Of a stretch of 64,000 bases of DNA, positions 49,701-62,419 are shown piece by piece. The notes below the pieces were generated by a model. That model worked only from the letters and a program-made list of their open reading frames with translations. It was not told where the DNA came from and did not search any database. The translations under genes were made by a program, and so were the position numbers. Source of the DNA: Laetmonice hystrix (taxonomy: Eukaryota); contig OZ249436.1 of the NCBI GenBank assembly GCA_965235115.1, positions 51,400,001 through 51,464,000 of the forward strand, read 5' to 3'. Each line of letters starts with the position of its first letter. Position 1 is the first letter of the stretch.

Positions 49701-51059
49701 TATTGGATTGTTTAGTGCGGCTGTAAGCCGCCTGGTGGTAACGTTACCTGCCCGTGAATCAAGCCGGGGGGGGGGGGGGGGGTCCGGGCCATGGCTGGGC
49801 CACGAGGGGTGTGCATGGCCAACAGTCACCAGCAGGGCCGGTATACGTACAATCTGGTCCTCATGCCATTCCACAAACCGGTGAGACACGACACACATTC
49901 TAGGATACACAGAGCGCCCTCTATATCAGTCACCTTGACAATACAACCAGACGTGCCAGGTTGATTCACGGCCCTTGTCTGTATACAAGGCCCAATAAAA
50001 CGGTTCATGGGTTCTCAACTCGAGAAACATACGACGGTTTTACCTTTATTGCCATCCCGAGGTAAACATACTAACTCCTTGACCGAATTTAGGTTGATAA
50101 TTCTCACTATATAGAAACAAATGGGAGTTGTTTAAAGTAAGGGCGAAAGAATCGTGGCATAATTATAACCATTTCCGTTAGGTTAAAGGCCCAAGCCCAT
50201 ACATAAACAGAACTCATTCCTTTTAAAACCTATTTCTTTCCGACAGGTATAATATTATATTAAGAGATATAATATGAGTAGGCTATAGCATGTGATTATT
50301 GATCTCAACCAGTAAATCTCAGTCACCAGACTGAAACACCTGGCACGTGACCTGACCAGGGGCTGTCACTTTCAGTTAGATAAAGTGACATGTGACATCT
50401 GATGATCCCGAGGCCAAGCTGACAAAAAGAGTGTAAAATATTGCTACCATTACAAGATGTCGACAAAATTCCAGCAAAAGGAATTAGTGAAAAATGTCAA
50501 AGGTTGTACAGTGCACAACAGTAATTTCTCTGGGTAAAAAGAACTAATTTAAAAGAAGAGAAGGGGTGAGTATATTGATTATTATTATTATTCGACGAGT
50601 GTCTTGATGGAAACGTGGTGTGTGACCAATTTATTATTTTCTGGCTGCATGTTAAATGGCTTATAGAGTGTGCAGGTATATCCTACATGTACGGGTCTGA
50701 CGAGTGTATGTTGTATGTTAGCACCGTCTTGGTTCTAACGATGTTTTAACCGACCTATGGAGTCGCTCAGGCAGCGTCGCTAGCATACTAATTCACGTAA
50801 TGGTGTCACTTTTTTCGCACACGTACCGAGGTCTGTTCGTGACCCCTCTGTTCGTTATGAAATATTACTGGGAAGTAATGTCCTCTTAAATGGTTTGGTG
50901 GTACTGGTAACGTGTAACTGACCCGCCACCTGTGAGTAGGTATATAAACTAAATTAGTCACGGAGGCACCCGTTTCCTCGCTCGAGAGAGATATTATTAT
51001 TATACTGCCTTTTTTTGAAGGCCGTTGTCAATGAAACTATGGTGATGGAATGTGCAGTG

Positions 51060-51200
51060 AATATCGACAATTCCCTAATTGTCGATATTGCTAATTTAAT
51101 TAGTGATGTCGGCAATTCTCTTAGTCTGCGATATCGCTAATTGAATTGTCGATATCGCTAATTGAATTATCGATATCGCGAAATGATTTGTCGATATTGC
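51060..51200. repeat. Imperfect ~21-bp tandem repeat (TCGATATCGCTAATTGAATTG-like), possibly MITE interior
   Basis: repeated CGATAT(C/T)GCTAAT motif. Confidence 0.6.
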
Positions 51201-51746
51201 AAATAGGAATAAAAAGTTTAAACGGCCTGCCATAAAGAAGTAGTGCATTCCAAACTTTATCATAATATTTCAGTTTTATTTCTTATCACAAACAATTTCA
51301 AATGTCTTCTCAGTTTTGACATTCCGGCATCGAGCAGCCTACAATATCCTCTGTGCACCGTCACGCCACCTGTTGTTTATTTCAATATGAAGATACTCAG
51401 GTTTGTTATATAAAAAAACACTGCTAAAGTCTCCTAAAGTATACGACCTCTACCCCTGTTCCTGTGCATGGCAGGTGCGATGCACGCATCCTCGAGACAT
51501 TATAACTTCCAAACTGCATCGCTTCATATTACATGTAAACCGCTATTCATGCCATGTTTCCAATGGGGTGGCTTGGACAATATAGGTCTAAAATATCGAT
51601 GGTAAGACTTGCCAATTCCATACCTGTTCAGTGAACCCGTAGGGACTACATAGCCAGGTCTCTCTGACCCGAAGAAAAGAGAAAATGTCAGCGTCCATAA
51701 CGTAATCTGGAAGGTTTTGTCCCGCTTTCTTCTTTACCCTGTTTTG

Positions 51747-51830
51747 TTTTTGTGTAGGTGTGATCCAGCCTACTCTGTTTTGTGTAGGTGTGATCCAGCC
51801 TACCCTGTTTTGTGTAGGTGTGATCCAGCC
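51747..51830. repeat. 30-bp tandem repeat x~3
   Basis: TTTTGTGTAGGTGTGATCCAGCCTAC(T/C)CTG. Confidence 0.9.
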
Positions 51831-51975
51831 CTGCAGTGCGCATAATATAGCAAATGTAAATAGATAATATTGGATAACAAGCGGATACTGTAGCCCACAT
51901 TTAACACGATATGGCACTTTAACTAAGGAAACTTTTTTAATGATAAAATTATTAATATAAAAAATTAGATCAATC

Positions 51976-52196
51976 TCACATTCTCCACTCAACTGGGATC
52001 ATTACAGAGCCTAGGTACATTGTAGGCATATAACTATACAAATATTGATATGTGGCGTCTACGCTCTTATTCAAGGCATCTGCTGTTTCGTCCCGAACCA
52101 CGGTTATTGCGTCCATCTCGTATGTTTTCTGCTTGGTGATCACGACAGTTCTATGGTGTTGCCAAGACGAGAACATTTCCATTGAGAGCCGTCCAT
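51976..52196 (-). CDS. Putative coding exon 2 of the 80-aa small protein
   Basis: Acceptor ATTAATTACAG|AT, phase 1 compatible; open to TGA at 51976; 22+221 = 243 nt. Confidence 0.35.
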
Positions 52197-52317
52197 CTGT
52201 AATTAATACGGACACACAGGCAGACGATAGCACGGTGATTCATACCTCGGGTGATGTCTGTCATACAATGCCGGGGGACCGTCTCATCGCAGTCCATCGT
52301 CTACACTCGTACGGGCG

Positions 52318-52450
52318 CGTACTACAGTGTATACGAATTACAGTGTATACAATTCGATGCGAATTACAGTGTGCACAATTAGATGCGAATTACAGTGTAT
52401 ACAAGTATGCGAATTACAGTGTATACAATTAGATGCGTACTACAGTGTAT
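52318..52450. repeat. ~26-bp minisatellite
   Basis: TACAGTGTATACAATTAGATGCGAAT-like units x~5-6. Confidence 0.85.
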
Positions 52451-53450
52451 AGATCTATATGTGTGTTAATTACAAACACGATCATTCATAGATCCAGGGG
52501 TCCGCTCGAACCATAGTCGACCCCCCCCCCCCCCCATGAATAACTAATTATGGTTTAAACATACAGCTTACTGTCTCCTAACGGCCAAACATGGCGTACA
52601 ATATCTTAGGGCACCGATTTACCGTCCGTCTTTTCTTTCATGTAGTTGTTGTCCGCCAATAAAGCTTATTTTATACCTATAACCAATACCTGGGGGGGGG
52701 GGGGGAGGCGGTGCTGCTGCATGGTGACATGTTCCACAAGTAAACGCATGCCTGGCATCACTTCACTTTTCTAGACGAGGACAACTCTTGTTCATATCTT
52801 TCATACGCAAGAATTGATTAAATGGTTCGGCCTACTATTTTAACCCTGCATATTAAATTTTGTTTTCTTCAGTATAAAACGACTATTTCGTTCCATGTTG
52901 AACCAGATGTTAGACGTCATCTACCCTATATAGATCTTGAACAATGGTGTTCCAACACATCACCCTTGTTTAAGATCTAGCTGGTGGCAGGAAACGTTAC
53001 ATCCATGTTGGCACCTCCACCCGATGTATGCTCATATAAGAGCATTTATCTCTTTAATATTGGCCTTTGTTTAATTCGATGGATCCCATATGTAAAACTC
53101 GTTGGCAAATTGCAGGCCCTTGTGTCGAACGTAACCAGCGCCAAACTCATGTACCATCATCTTTTTTATCAAGTGTCAACATCAAAGTAATGATAGTACA
53201 TGAGTTTAGAGATGTTATTGTCGAAGTATCGGTTGCGGTGGTTACGAGCCGATGATAAGGTGTCAGAACTTTGGAGGGAATAAATAAAGAACAGTTAATA
53301 AATAGATATTGTTACAGTATACGTACCTGATGTTATTGAATGGTTCTATTAATAAGATACTTCATTATGTGTGACGACCTAGGTTTAATAAACAGTAAAA
53401 TATTGAATATCAGTCATCCTCAACAAGAAATCTCAGCAGATAACACTCAC

Positions 53451-53472
53451 CTGACCAATAGGTCCATGCCAT
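53451..53472 (-). CDS. Putative coding exon 1 (MAWTYWS) of an 80-aa small protein
   Basis: ATCATGG start context, in-frame upstream TAA, consensus donor CAG|GTGAGT (phase 1). Confidence 0.35.
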
Positions 53473-54404
53473 GATTGATGTTAGGTAGTTGATGAGACGT
53501 TACCATAAAAGAAAATGCAAAGAAAGTTTTACGAAGGCACTCGGGTCTCTACGTGGCCTGCCGTCTCCACGGAAACGTAATACCTACATCTCTCTTCCAG
53601 TGCACAGGAAATAAAGAAAGTGTGTATAATAGTCGGCCAGACTTTGGCTGTGACGTATGAAAAGGGATGGGTCAACGATATTTGGCACCGCTTACTGGTC
53701 CTACGGAAAGTGGGCAGATAGCCACCAAAAATCTCATACAAATATGGCACCTCAATCCATGCGGGGTGTTAAAGTTGGTGTCTTCTTACGTATACACCTT
53801 CAAATTAAACGAGAGTTCGTTTCGAAAATAGATTCATATCTCCATTAAAAAGGGTAACAGAGTAGGTCAAAATGCCATATCAACTATGGGTGTTTTTGTT
53901 TGTGTGTAGGCCCCCTACGTATAATTGCCCCTCCACTAATAGGGCTATAGGCCTATATATTCATTCCTGACTATATGATATATAGGCCTGACATGTATAC
54001 TATATAGATTCTGACAGAAGAAAGAGGCGTGGGTTTTTTGTTCTGTGTGTATATGATTTATTTATAATGGACAGCATTCAAGCAAACACCGACTAGCACT
54101 TGTTTCGATGACTCCAAAATGCAGACATGGGCGAAAGTTATCTCTGCATGAACACTTTTCTTGTTGTGTTCTTGTTCAATGTTCACTGCATGACTGTGCT
54201 ACTCTTCCTATAGAGCCTTAGCCTACACATGTGCCTTTAAGTTAGAATACAATAGATCTACATTACTTTTTGTGCTGGTGTTAAACTGACGGCGACGTTA
54301 ATGGACCTGTCATCCATGCTGAGGCAGCCATGCTTTCACATTTCAGCATCGGACAGAATGATAGGCCCAGTCGGCTCTACCTCGACAGATGGCAGCGGAA
54401 GCAT

Positions 54405-54510
54405 TGCGTTTCTCATCTATCGTTATCCTGTCGTGCTTTAAAATCCCCATTGAAAATGCATTGGAGTTAACGATACGACAAGCTAACGACATTATGAGAA
54501 ACGCACCCCT
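54405..54510. mobile_element. Short MITE (Harbinger-like), left end decayed
   Basis: TGCGTTTCTCAT ... ATGAGAAACGCA inverted pair with further internal symmetry. Confidence 0.55.
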
Positions 54511-55038
54511 GGCGGATTTTACCGAGGGTTCCCGAATGTGATAGGCCTAGGCTTGACGCGACCTCTGGTGGAAAGTCACAGAACTTCTCTGCCGATGTTT
54601 TCGCACCTCAGTAGGCCTAGTTGACCCCCCCCCCCCCCAATCTAATTAGAATTAGATCTTGGTATTCCGCGTCCTCCAACCAACCAACAACATCAAAATT
54701 AAAGGTAGGTGGACGTCTTACTTTTATAGGGTTGTTTGTGTCAAGGTTAAGCCCTATGTGCCTGGGCACAAGGGTTCGAGAAAAAAGGGAGGGTCCAAAA
54801 ATGCCCGATTTTACCAAATCCATTCCTTATTGTAGTAACATTTATTTTTATTTGTGTCTTTGATCTAGCCCACTCCTGGATTTGTTACCGAAACTATCCT
54901 GACTAAACTTGTTGACGAGATGGCGCTGCTGCATGGGCTCCGTTCCCTTCATAGTCTCGATCAGTAGACCCTTTTTCCCGCTAGAGGCCGCTCGTCGCTC
55001 GAAGCTAGAGGCCGCTTACTCGTTAGGTTAACCAACCG

Positions 55039-55131
55039 GTATCTAGGTTACATGAACACGGTGATCGTGATGGAAAACGATCATCGAAGCTGATTGGACG
55101 AGGGCGGCATTATGACCTAGAAACCTCGACC
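55039..55131 (-). repeat. Dispersed ~90-bp repeat, copy 1
   Basis: reverse complement of 58061-58147 and 61570-61640. Confidence 0.75.
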
Positions 55132-56405
55132 GGCCTACTCGGCCCCATTCGGGATTCCCTCGGGCATATGACGTCACTTCCTGCTATTCGAATATACCCT
55201 CGGGTGGATTAGTGGCCATGTTTGGCAACCGGATACATGGCCAAATGGTAGCGTGTGTAGCGAGGCACTGAGTGAACCGTCATATCCCATCGAGCCTGGA
55301 AGTAGTGCATTATTGACACCTGCGTTGTATGTACAAATATAAATTTCTGGTATGAAGGAGAACGTTTGAAGAAGAAAAATGAATCACCTAATTTACCTAA
55401 ATTGGCGTGATACGGTAATTTATCAAATTATGGGAAGCAATATGGCCGCGCCCATGAACGACAACAACACGACACATGGTACGACTACTTGTATCATGAA
55501 CATGATACTATCGTAATAGGCTATTGCCCACTGATTTTGGGGAAAGTGGAGGCCTATTTTAGTTGCTTTCTTGCCTGATGCAGGCAAAATACTGCAAGCA
55601 CTGCCATGCTGGCGAGAGTCCCGGTTAAATGTACCCGCGATGCAATGCTCAAAATGGCGCATATTTCATCCGAGGCTACTTTCGAAGATATGGCCGAGGA
55701 TTCCCGAATGACTCGGCCCCCTACCCTGTCCCCTGCGCTAATGCCGGTGTTCCGCGAAGCGGGAGACTCAGCGGACGTCTATAGGCCACATCCAAATATG
55801 GGAAGGCAGGTCAGGGTGCTGACATCTGGTTGCATCAACTCACAGATGTGTTAGCCTGGCGTCCAGTCCGTAGGCCTATATCCTTGCGGATAGGACTAGT
55901 TCGAGTCTATTCCCTTCACAAAACCAATACGATGTATCAGATAATTCAATCTAAAAATGGGGTAAGACCCTCAGTTGGAATTATATCGGATTTTGCGAAG
56001 TTCCTGCGAAATTTATGTAGGCCGAGATAATGAAACCACCTTTCAAGAGTAGATCTACCTAGGTTTAAATCCTGTTATTTTTAATCCCCAAGGATACACA
56101 CTGCAGCATTGAAAATGGAGTCTACGTTATTTTACATTTATTGGTAAGCTTCATAACAGCAAAGATGTGACTTTACAATTCTTTGACAACCAATTCTTCT
56201 TACCTCTTAACATCTCATATCGTTTATATAAATCCTTTCTGTCTATCCGTCTGTCTGTCTGTCTGTCTGTAGCCTATGTCTGTATGTCTGCCTGTATAAT
56301 AATATGTCTGTCTGTCCAAACCTAACCCTACCCCTACTTCCGGTCTCCAACCTCCCCAAAATATTTATCCCTTTCCCTAGCTCTTCGCCTAACTACTCTT
56401 ACATC

Positions 56406-56512
56406 TGGGCCCGGTTCCTAAAATCTTACGTCACTTATCAGCTTAGATCAGCCAATCAGAAGCATTAAGCCTAAATTTAAGTAAGATCTTAAGATTTTAG
56501 GAACCGGGCCCA
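56406..56512. mobile_element. MITE with a 23-bp perfect inverted repeat (PIF/Harbinger-like ends)
   Basis: TGGGCCCGGTTCCTAAAATCTTA ... TAAGATTTTAGGAACCGGGCCCA. Confidence 0.8.
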
Positions 56513-56781
56513 ACTTCCTGGGAATGTTATTATCAGAGAATAACCACTCAAACACACATCCCATTTTCTTCACGTTACCAGACGGCTTCATTTCGAATCC
56601 CAAGCTTGTATAACACAAAGATGCGTTCCTCGTGAAGTTCTACGAGACTCATCTAGATCTATATCTTGTTTGGACTACGGCATCAAGCACTCCTTTTTCA
56701 CAACTGCACAGAATTCCCTTTCATACAAGTGTTCTTTACAATTCCTCTGTTGTTTGGTGATCGGCAGGTGAGGTTAAAATG

Positions 56782-57216
56782 TCAAGCCACCCAGGAGGAC
56801 GACAGATGCTGCTGCTCAGCCTCTGTCGGCATTTGTAGGGTTGTCTGTCGATGAACTGCCACCGTCCATGTCGTAGTAGCTCGACTTCGGCATAGGTCCT
56901 GCCTTTCCTCTGCATCCATGAAGCAGAAACACGTCAAACAATACACATACCTACACACAAGGTAGCGGTTGTGCAGGTTACGGTCGACAAACGCTGCAAT
57001 GTTTCCACTAACGAACGCCAGCAATATGGAAACGCCGAGCACGGCGTAACACGGCGTTCGGAGAGGTCGAATTGAATCGGTGACGGAGGAAACTATGAGA
57101 AGGGCAGAAGATGCTAGAATGAGAAGACAACAAGAGAGGAATAAGTGGGTCGCCGAGAGACAACACTGATTGTCGGCGTTCGAGGCATCCGAGACTCCCG
57201 ATCTTTGACGGAGCAT
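56782..57216 (-). CDS. Uncharacterised 144-aa Cys-rich two-TM protein, single coding exon
   Basis: Acceptor TTCTGTTGGCAG| at 57234, 18 nt before the ATG. Hydrophobic segments LFLSCCLLILASSALLIVSSV and CYAVLGVSILLAFVSGNIAAFV. AATAAA on the minus strand near 56137. Confidence 0.6.
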   Translation of the reverse strand: MLRQRSGVSDASNADNQCCLSATHLFLSCCLLILASSALLIVSSVTDSIRPLRTPCYAVLGVSILLAFVSGNIAAFVDRNLHNRYLVCRYVYCLTCFCFMDAEERQDLCRSRATTTWTVAVHRQTTLQMPTEAEQQHLSSSWVA

Positions 57217-57559
57217 GGGCAGTGAGCCGGTAACCTGCCAACAGAACCAGTAAAAGAACAGTTAAATTCATCATAACAGTAATAGGCATATTACGGAGTA
57301 AGAGGAGGAAGTCGCGGCGTCATGTATGTTCAAATATCTCACATGTGATCAAACTATTATGTATCTATTTTCTGCAAATAAATTATTATTGTGGCAGTTC
57401 TACTAGAACACTTTTATTATAAATATTTAAAATAAAAGAAGCAAGTATATAGGCCGGTATTTAATTACAATCTCTTTGACTCTTTAATGTTAATCTTTAG
57501 TTCTTTCTCAACAAGGCTGTGCGTAGCCTATAAGGAGACAAGTGGGAAGTGCGTGGTTG

Positions 57560-57845
57560 AATGTCGGATTACAAAATAATTGGCGTGGCACAGATGATTT
57601 GCATCTTCCCAGAAGGCCTACCATTTTTCTCACCGGCTCTCCCCAGTGATCTGCATAGATACCACCGCCTTTGGGCGGCCATGTCTGTGTGAACAGGCAT
57701 TTAAGAAATCCTTGCCATTTTTCGAAAAGCATAGGGGATTGCCTTCCCGTTGCAGGTTTCTTTCTCAGTTCATCCTCATCATCACCCACTCAAGGCTAAA
57801 ATCATCCTTAGTCGTTTTGGACCGTAAACCAGGTACATAAACACT
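57560..57845 (+). mobile_element. Possible decayed SINE (Nin-domain-like segment)
   Basis: GGCATTTAAGAAATCC...TTCGAAAAGCATAGGGG...CCCG resembles the Nin central domain as recalled; no clear tRNA head or TSD. Confidence 0.3.
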
Positions 57846-58060
57846 TGTATTATTGCACAAACAGTATTAAGTTATACATCAGGTACACATCGCCAGCATA
57901 GGCATTGTGGGAGCTGCTGGGTACCCCCTTTCGATACCTCTGAGCGCCAGTGAACCCAGGGGAGAGGACGGGAAGTATGGAATTAATCTGTTACTCGACC
58001 ACCAGTCCCACTATCCGCCATACCCACCAGGTGGCGCCAGGTATTTCCTCAAACTAGGTA

Positions 58061-58147
58061 GAGGTTTGTAGGTCACAATGCCGTGCTCGTCCAATCAGCT
58101 CTGATGATCTTTTTCCATAACAATGACTGTTTATGTAACCTAGATAC
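58061..58147 (+). repeat. Dispersed ~90-bp repeat, copy 2
   Basis: GAGGTTT(G/C)TAGGTCACAATGCCG(T/C)GCTCGTCCAATCAGC... Confidence 0.75.
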
Positions 58148-58844
58148 GCGTTTGTGTCCAGACCCTTTTTTCGAGTGACTTTGACTTCTGGTTCGAGTTG
58201 AACTTCGACTTCCAGTTAATCTTCGACTTCGACTTGAAGAATGAAGAATATGGCAGGCATAGATTCTAGGCCTTCACCAGAAATATATTGACGGTTTATT
58301 ACGAACGGTTCAGACATAGGTAGGCTAATTATAGGCCTAATAAACGGCCGGACGGATCAGACATTGCTTTTTCAAGTCGGGGGGGGGGGGGGTGTTTAGG
58401 CTGCATGTGTCACGTAACGTCCTACCTATTATGTTTAACATTGACACAACTCCATTGATTTGTAAAATATTGTAGGCCGATCATTGTAGCCCTAGCCTAC
58501 CTAGGCCTACATAAAGTTGATCTGATACTTTTCAATTTTTTGCCACTTTTGTGTAAGGGTTAGGCCTATATTTTGCACTGGCGCATTAATTTTCGCTCCC
58601 TGCTGGAGGAAGGTGGAGAGTAACAAGGAGTTTGGTTTGAGGACAACCGAACTTCCGGCAGCTGCATGAGGCGGTCTATAGGCCTAGTTTGTACTTGATT
58701 TAAACTGCTGCTTTCGATTTGACATCTATCTTTCTTGGAATCAGCATCCCCTAATAGATGCTGGCACCGCTGACACTACAGGACAAAGCTTTTTTTAGGC
58801 CTATCTATGTACGCATTTCCCCTGGTATAGGCCTAAACCATCAT

Positions 58845-59012
58845 CAGGCACGGCGGAGCTGGGCTGGGGGGCTATAGCGCCCCCCCCCCCAATAATTTCA
58901 GATAAAAAAGATAATCCCCAGAGCTTCCGGAGCCGAGGCAGCCCCTGGACCCTTGCCTGGAGTGCTGTGATAGTATAGTCCCCACAATCCTAAATTGCTT
59001 CCACCGTGCCTG
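58845..59012. mobile_element. MITE with 5-bp TSD
   Basis: CAGGCACGGCGGA ... TCCACCGTGCCTG, flanked by ATCAT on both sides. Confidence 0.8.
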
Positions 59013-59946
59013 ATCATGCATAGTGATCATATCACATTAGGCCTATATAAATATAGGCCTAGACCCCCGCCCTATATATATTTTAAGGCAGTAATGTATA
59101 TATAGGCCTACCTGTGCCACTGATCATGACAGATCGATACGTCCACTCGCAAATAGTCGATGGCGATTCTTACGACCCAACTTTGTCAAAACTTTGAAAG
59201 CTGCGACTAACCATTTCTCTGCTCCCTATATCCTATATTCCACAGTCCATCAGCATGGTGAAGGTCTTTACGCCTCCTCGGGTCTGGATCTAATACTTGT
59301 CCCGAGTAGGCCAAATCATATAAACGCTGAGGTCACGGACACGTCAAGTTCCTGTTCCCATTCCAGCGTCCCCAGACCAGCAGTAGGTCTCCAGTTTCTT
59401 TTTTTTTATTAGGCCAGTATCAATCCGTTGTCGGGCAGCAAACCGAGTAGCGGTGACTTTTGGACCCGTACTGACGCGCCGAAATAAATGACATGTGTGT
59501 TTGTTGTATGCGTGAGTAATTCGTACCTAGTCCTAGACCTGCTTTTTGTTTACTGTAGAAAGCCACCTTTAATGTAAAACACTTTATTTTGTACTCTAAC
59601 AATATTGCTCTACAAAAAATAATAATAGCTGGTAAAAGGGGGAAATAGGCTATACATCGTAATCATGGATCCCGCGGGCTGCTATAGGATTGAGGTACCC
59701 CGGATTTTTCCGAATCCTGAGCCAGAGAGTAGAGTGGATCTCACAGAAGTAATTTTATGGTGAATGAACAATTACTGCATATCTCATCGCCTTAACTTTG
59801 ATCTCAGGATCCACGCTCTTCTCTTCATACCTATAACCGACAGAAGGTGGCAGAGTTGTCATTTCTACTAGGAGACCTAGGCCTATAGGCCTATATAGCC
59901 TAATATATTGTATCTCTAACCTCTATGAAAGTAACTAGGCCCTATC

Positions 59947-60056
59947 GAGGGATGGATCCAGGATTTTGTAAAGGGGAAGGAACAGGAAAATGAAACAATT
60001 TTCGCCAAAGGAGGGTTACCCCCTAAAGTCACCATCCACCCCTAGATCCGTGCCTG
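59947..60056. mobile_element. MITE with decayed left TIR and 5-bp TSD
   Basis: GAGGGATGGATCCAGG ... CCTAGATCCGTGCCTG, flanked by CTATC on both sides. Confidence 0.65.
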
Positions 60057-61315
60057 CTATCACTAAAACCCTCTTGTCATATACAAGTGAAACACTTTAC
60101 GGCACGAGTGTGGCATTATCGCCGTACAACCTAGATATGTCATACGAACCAATATGTCACTGCACACGATTGTTCTACGGTTGCCAATATAATATGTTCC
60201 AGGTTGTTTCCCTATAATAATTAAGCCTATAATTATGAGCAGCTATACACATACGTAATGTTGTTACTGCTTTTTGTACAAAATACCGGCCAAATCTACA
60301 TAAAAATGCAGGGGAGCTTTGAAGCATATCGGAGAACCGCAATGCAGACATATTTTGATTGGGAGTGTGGGGGTGAATAGCACAGTCATGGGTAATTAGG
60401 CATAGGCCTATATACCGGTGATTAGACACATATGTGCATTATAAAAAAAGAAATGCATTCATAATGAATGAGATAATTGATAAATAGTGTAACCGTCTGC
60501 TTAATTATTCATATATCTACTTAATACTTAATATTCATGTACTCCATAGACTGTGTGAGGGTTAGTGTGAAAGTATCGTAATACCGATATGGCTTATTTT
60601 TGCCATATATACGGGTATTTCCTTTCGGTTGACGTCATTACCCTGGGAAATACCATGACTAGCGGGCATTTGGAAAACCTCGACTCGACTTCCGGTCGCA
60701 TCGCTGGATGTGATCTGTCCCGAACAGTGAATGGAGTAGCGAGAAGCTGCGCATGCTCCTACTCTGGAGTCAAAAGCGCCCTCTGGCGGAACGGTGGTCG
60801 AACTTGTCAAAAATGATAGGTCGCCGCACTGACGGCGGACAATGACATGTTCATGTTTGTGTCCACTTGTGCGAACATTTTGCGTTGCAACTGTCGGACG
60901 AAAAATTGGCATGATATCGTCGGTTTAGTGTAATGATGCCACTACGACGTCGGTTTGGGGTAAAAACGCTTAAATGTGGATAGTCCGCTTTAATTGTCGT
61001 CGCGATTGTTGTGGGCGTCCTACACACAGACCAAATTTAGTGATAGCGCAGTCTGCGTGCAGCCTTTGTGAAACTTAGGATCCTTTATTACCCGGTAGCA
61101 AGTGTGCGCGATGTGGTACGCGATGCTATTCTCTATCGGGTGGTTATCTTACACATCTGTGCGTCCTCTATCAATTGTCCATTTTGGTTACGAATGCGTT
61201 TCTATTGTAATGAACACGTGTGTCCTATCATTAATACATATACATCTTTTTTGTAGGTTTTTTATTATTTCTTCAAATTTTAAAACAGCGGGTGTGGGGG
61301 TAATTAGGCCACCAG

Positions 61316-61481
61316 GCCCCGGTTTCAAGAAAGTGGTTAAGTTAACTAAGTTGGTTAAGATTAATTTGACCCTGAGATTAACCAACCAGGAAACAGAAAA
61401 TTAACTAATCTTGGTTAAAGTTAAAGTTAACCACGATTTTAACCAACTTAGTTAACTTAACCACTTTCTTGAAAATGGGGC
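61316..61481. mobile_element. MITE with ~43-bp TIR (PIF/Harbinger-like, CAG TSD)
   Basis: GCCCCGGTTTCAAGAAAGTGGTTAAGTTAACTAAGTTGGTTAA ... TTAACCAACTTAGTTAACTTAACCACTTTCTTGAAAATGGGGC, flanked by CAG. Confidence 0.85.
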
Positions 61482-61569
61482 CAGACTGATGTCAGCACCC
61501 TGACCTGCCTTCCCATATTTGGACTCTCGCGCTTTGCGGAGCCGGCATTTGAGCAGGGGACCAGAGTAT

Positions 61570-61640
61570 GGTCGAGGTTTCTAGGTCACAATGCCGCGCT
61601 CGTCCAATCAGCGCCGATGATCGTTTTCTATCGCGGTCGC
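61570..61640 (+). repeat. Dispersed ~90-bp repeat, copy 3
   Basis: GGTCGAGGTTTCTAGGTCACAATGCCGCGCTCGTCCAATCAGC. Confidence 0.75.
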
Positions 61641-62419
61641 CGCATTCGTGTTACTCGTATGAGTCGATTCAAAGTGGTAAAAGGACAGGTATTTAACACC
61701 GGTCGACAACACCACCGCAATTTTGCAGACAGTGGACTGTTTTCATGGCAAGTGGGCCTACATTAAATCTATCATTTTTACTCTTTTGGAGAGTAAAATT
61801 CAAGATTTAAACTTCACGCAAGAGTAAGCTGCTAATTTTGGTATATTTAGATTAAATACTCATTTACGATATTGAGGATATTTAGACCAAGGCATATCAC
61901 TGCACATCAAAGTCACCCGACGGTGAAACTGCCGCAGTCTGCCTCTATGCATCCTGTGACCAGTGCGTAACGTTTGCGTGCTTCGCTTGCTTACGTATAC
62001 GCCCTGTCATAACCAGGAGCAAAACTCGTATTTTAGCTCGGGAGATTCAACCAATCACCGACAACCTTGCGACCAATCAGAACAGTTCTTACAAGCGCAC
62101 TCCGGCCAGATCTTAAATCAAAACAAATCGCGGTCCCACTACACTCTCATTGCTACACTCTGTGAGCATCCTCCCAAGCTCACCGCTTTCAGTGATTCCC
62201 ACAATGCGCGCCTTGACAACTCAAGATCGCTAAGGCACGTTTGCAGTGTATGAAAGAAGACAGATGATTGGTTGTTGAAAGTTGTTTGACCCATATATGA
62301 GATGTGGCGACACGATGTCCCAGGGTCAGTGACGACAGACAGCTAGAACCGGGTTACCGGATGGCCTCTATGAGGAGCGGAACTATATAAGTCTGTTTCA
62401 CAGTATAGGCCTACTACAG

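Noticed and set aside
51588..51992. 134-aa ORF with DIF...ETWL resembling a LINE endonuclease motif
   Set aside because: The ORF is extended by a 30-bp tandem repeat, the motif spacing is off and no further APE motifs are seen.
55423..55854. Short ORFs, one with a hydrophobic C-terminus
   Set aside because: No motif or splice support; lengths are within chance expectation.
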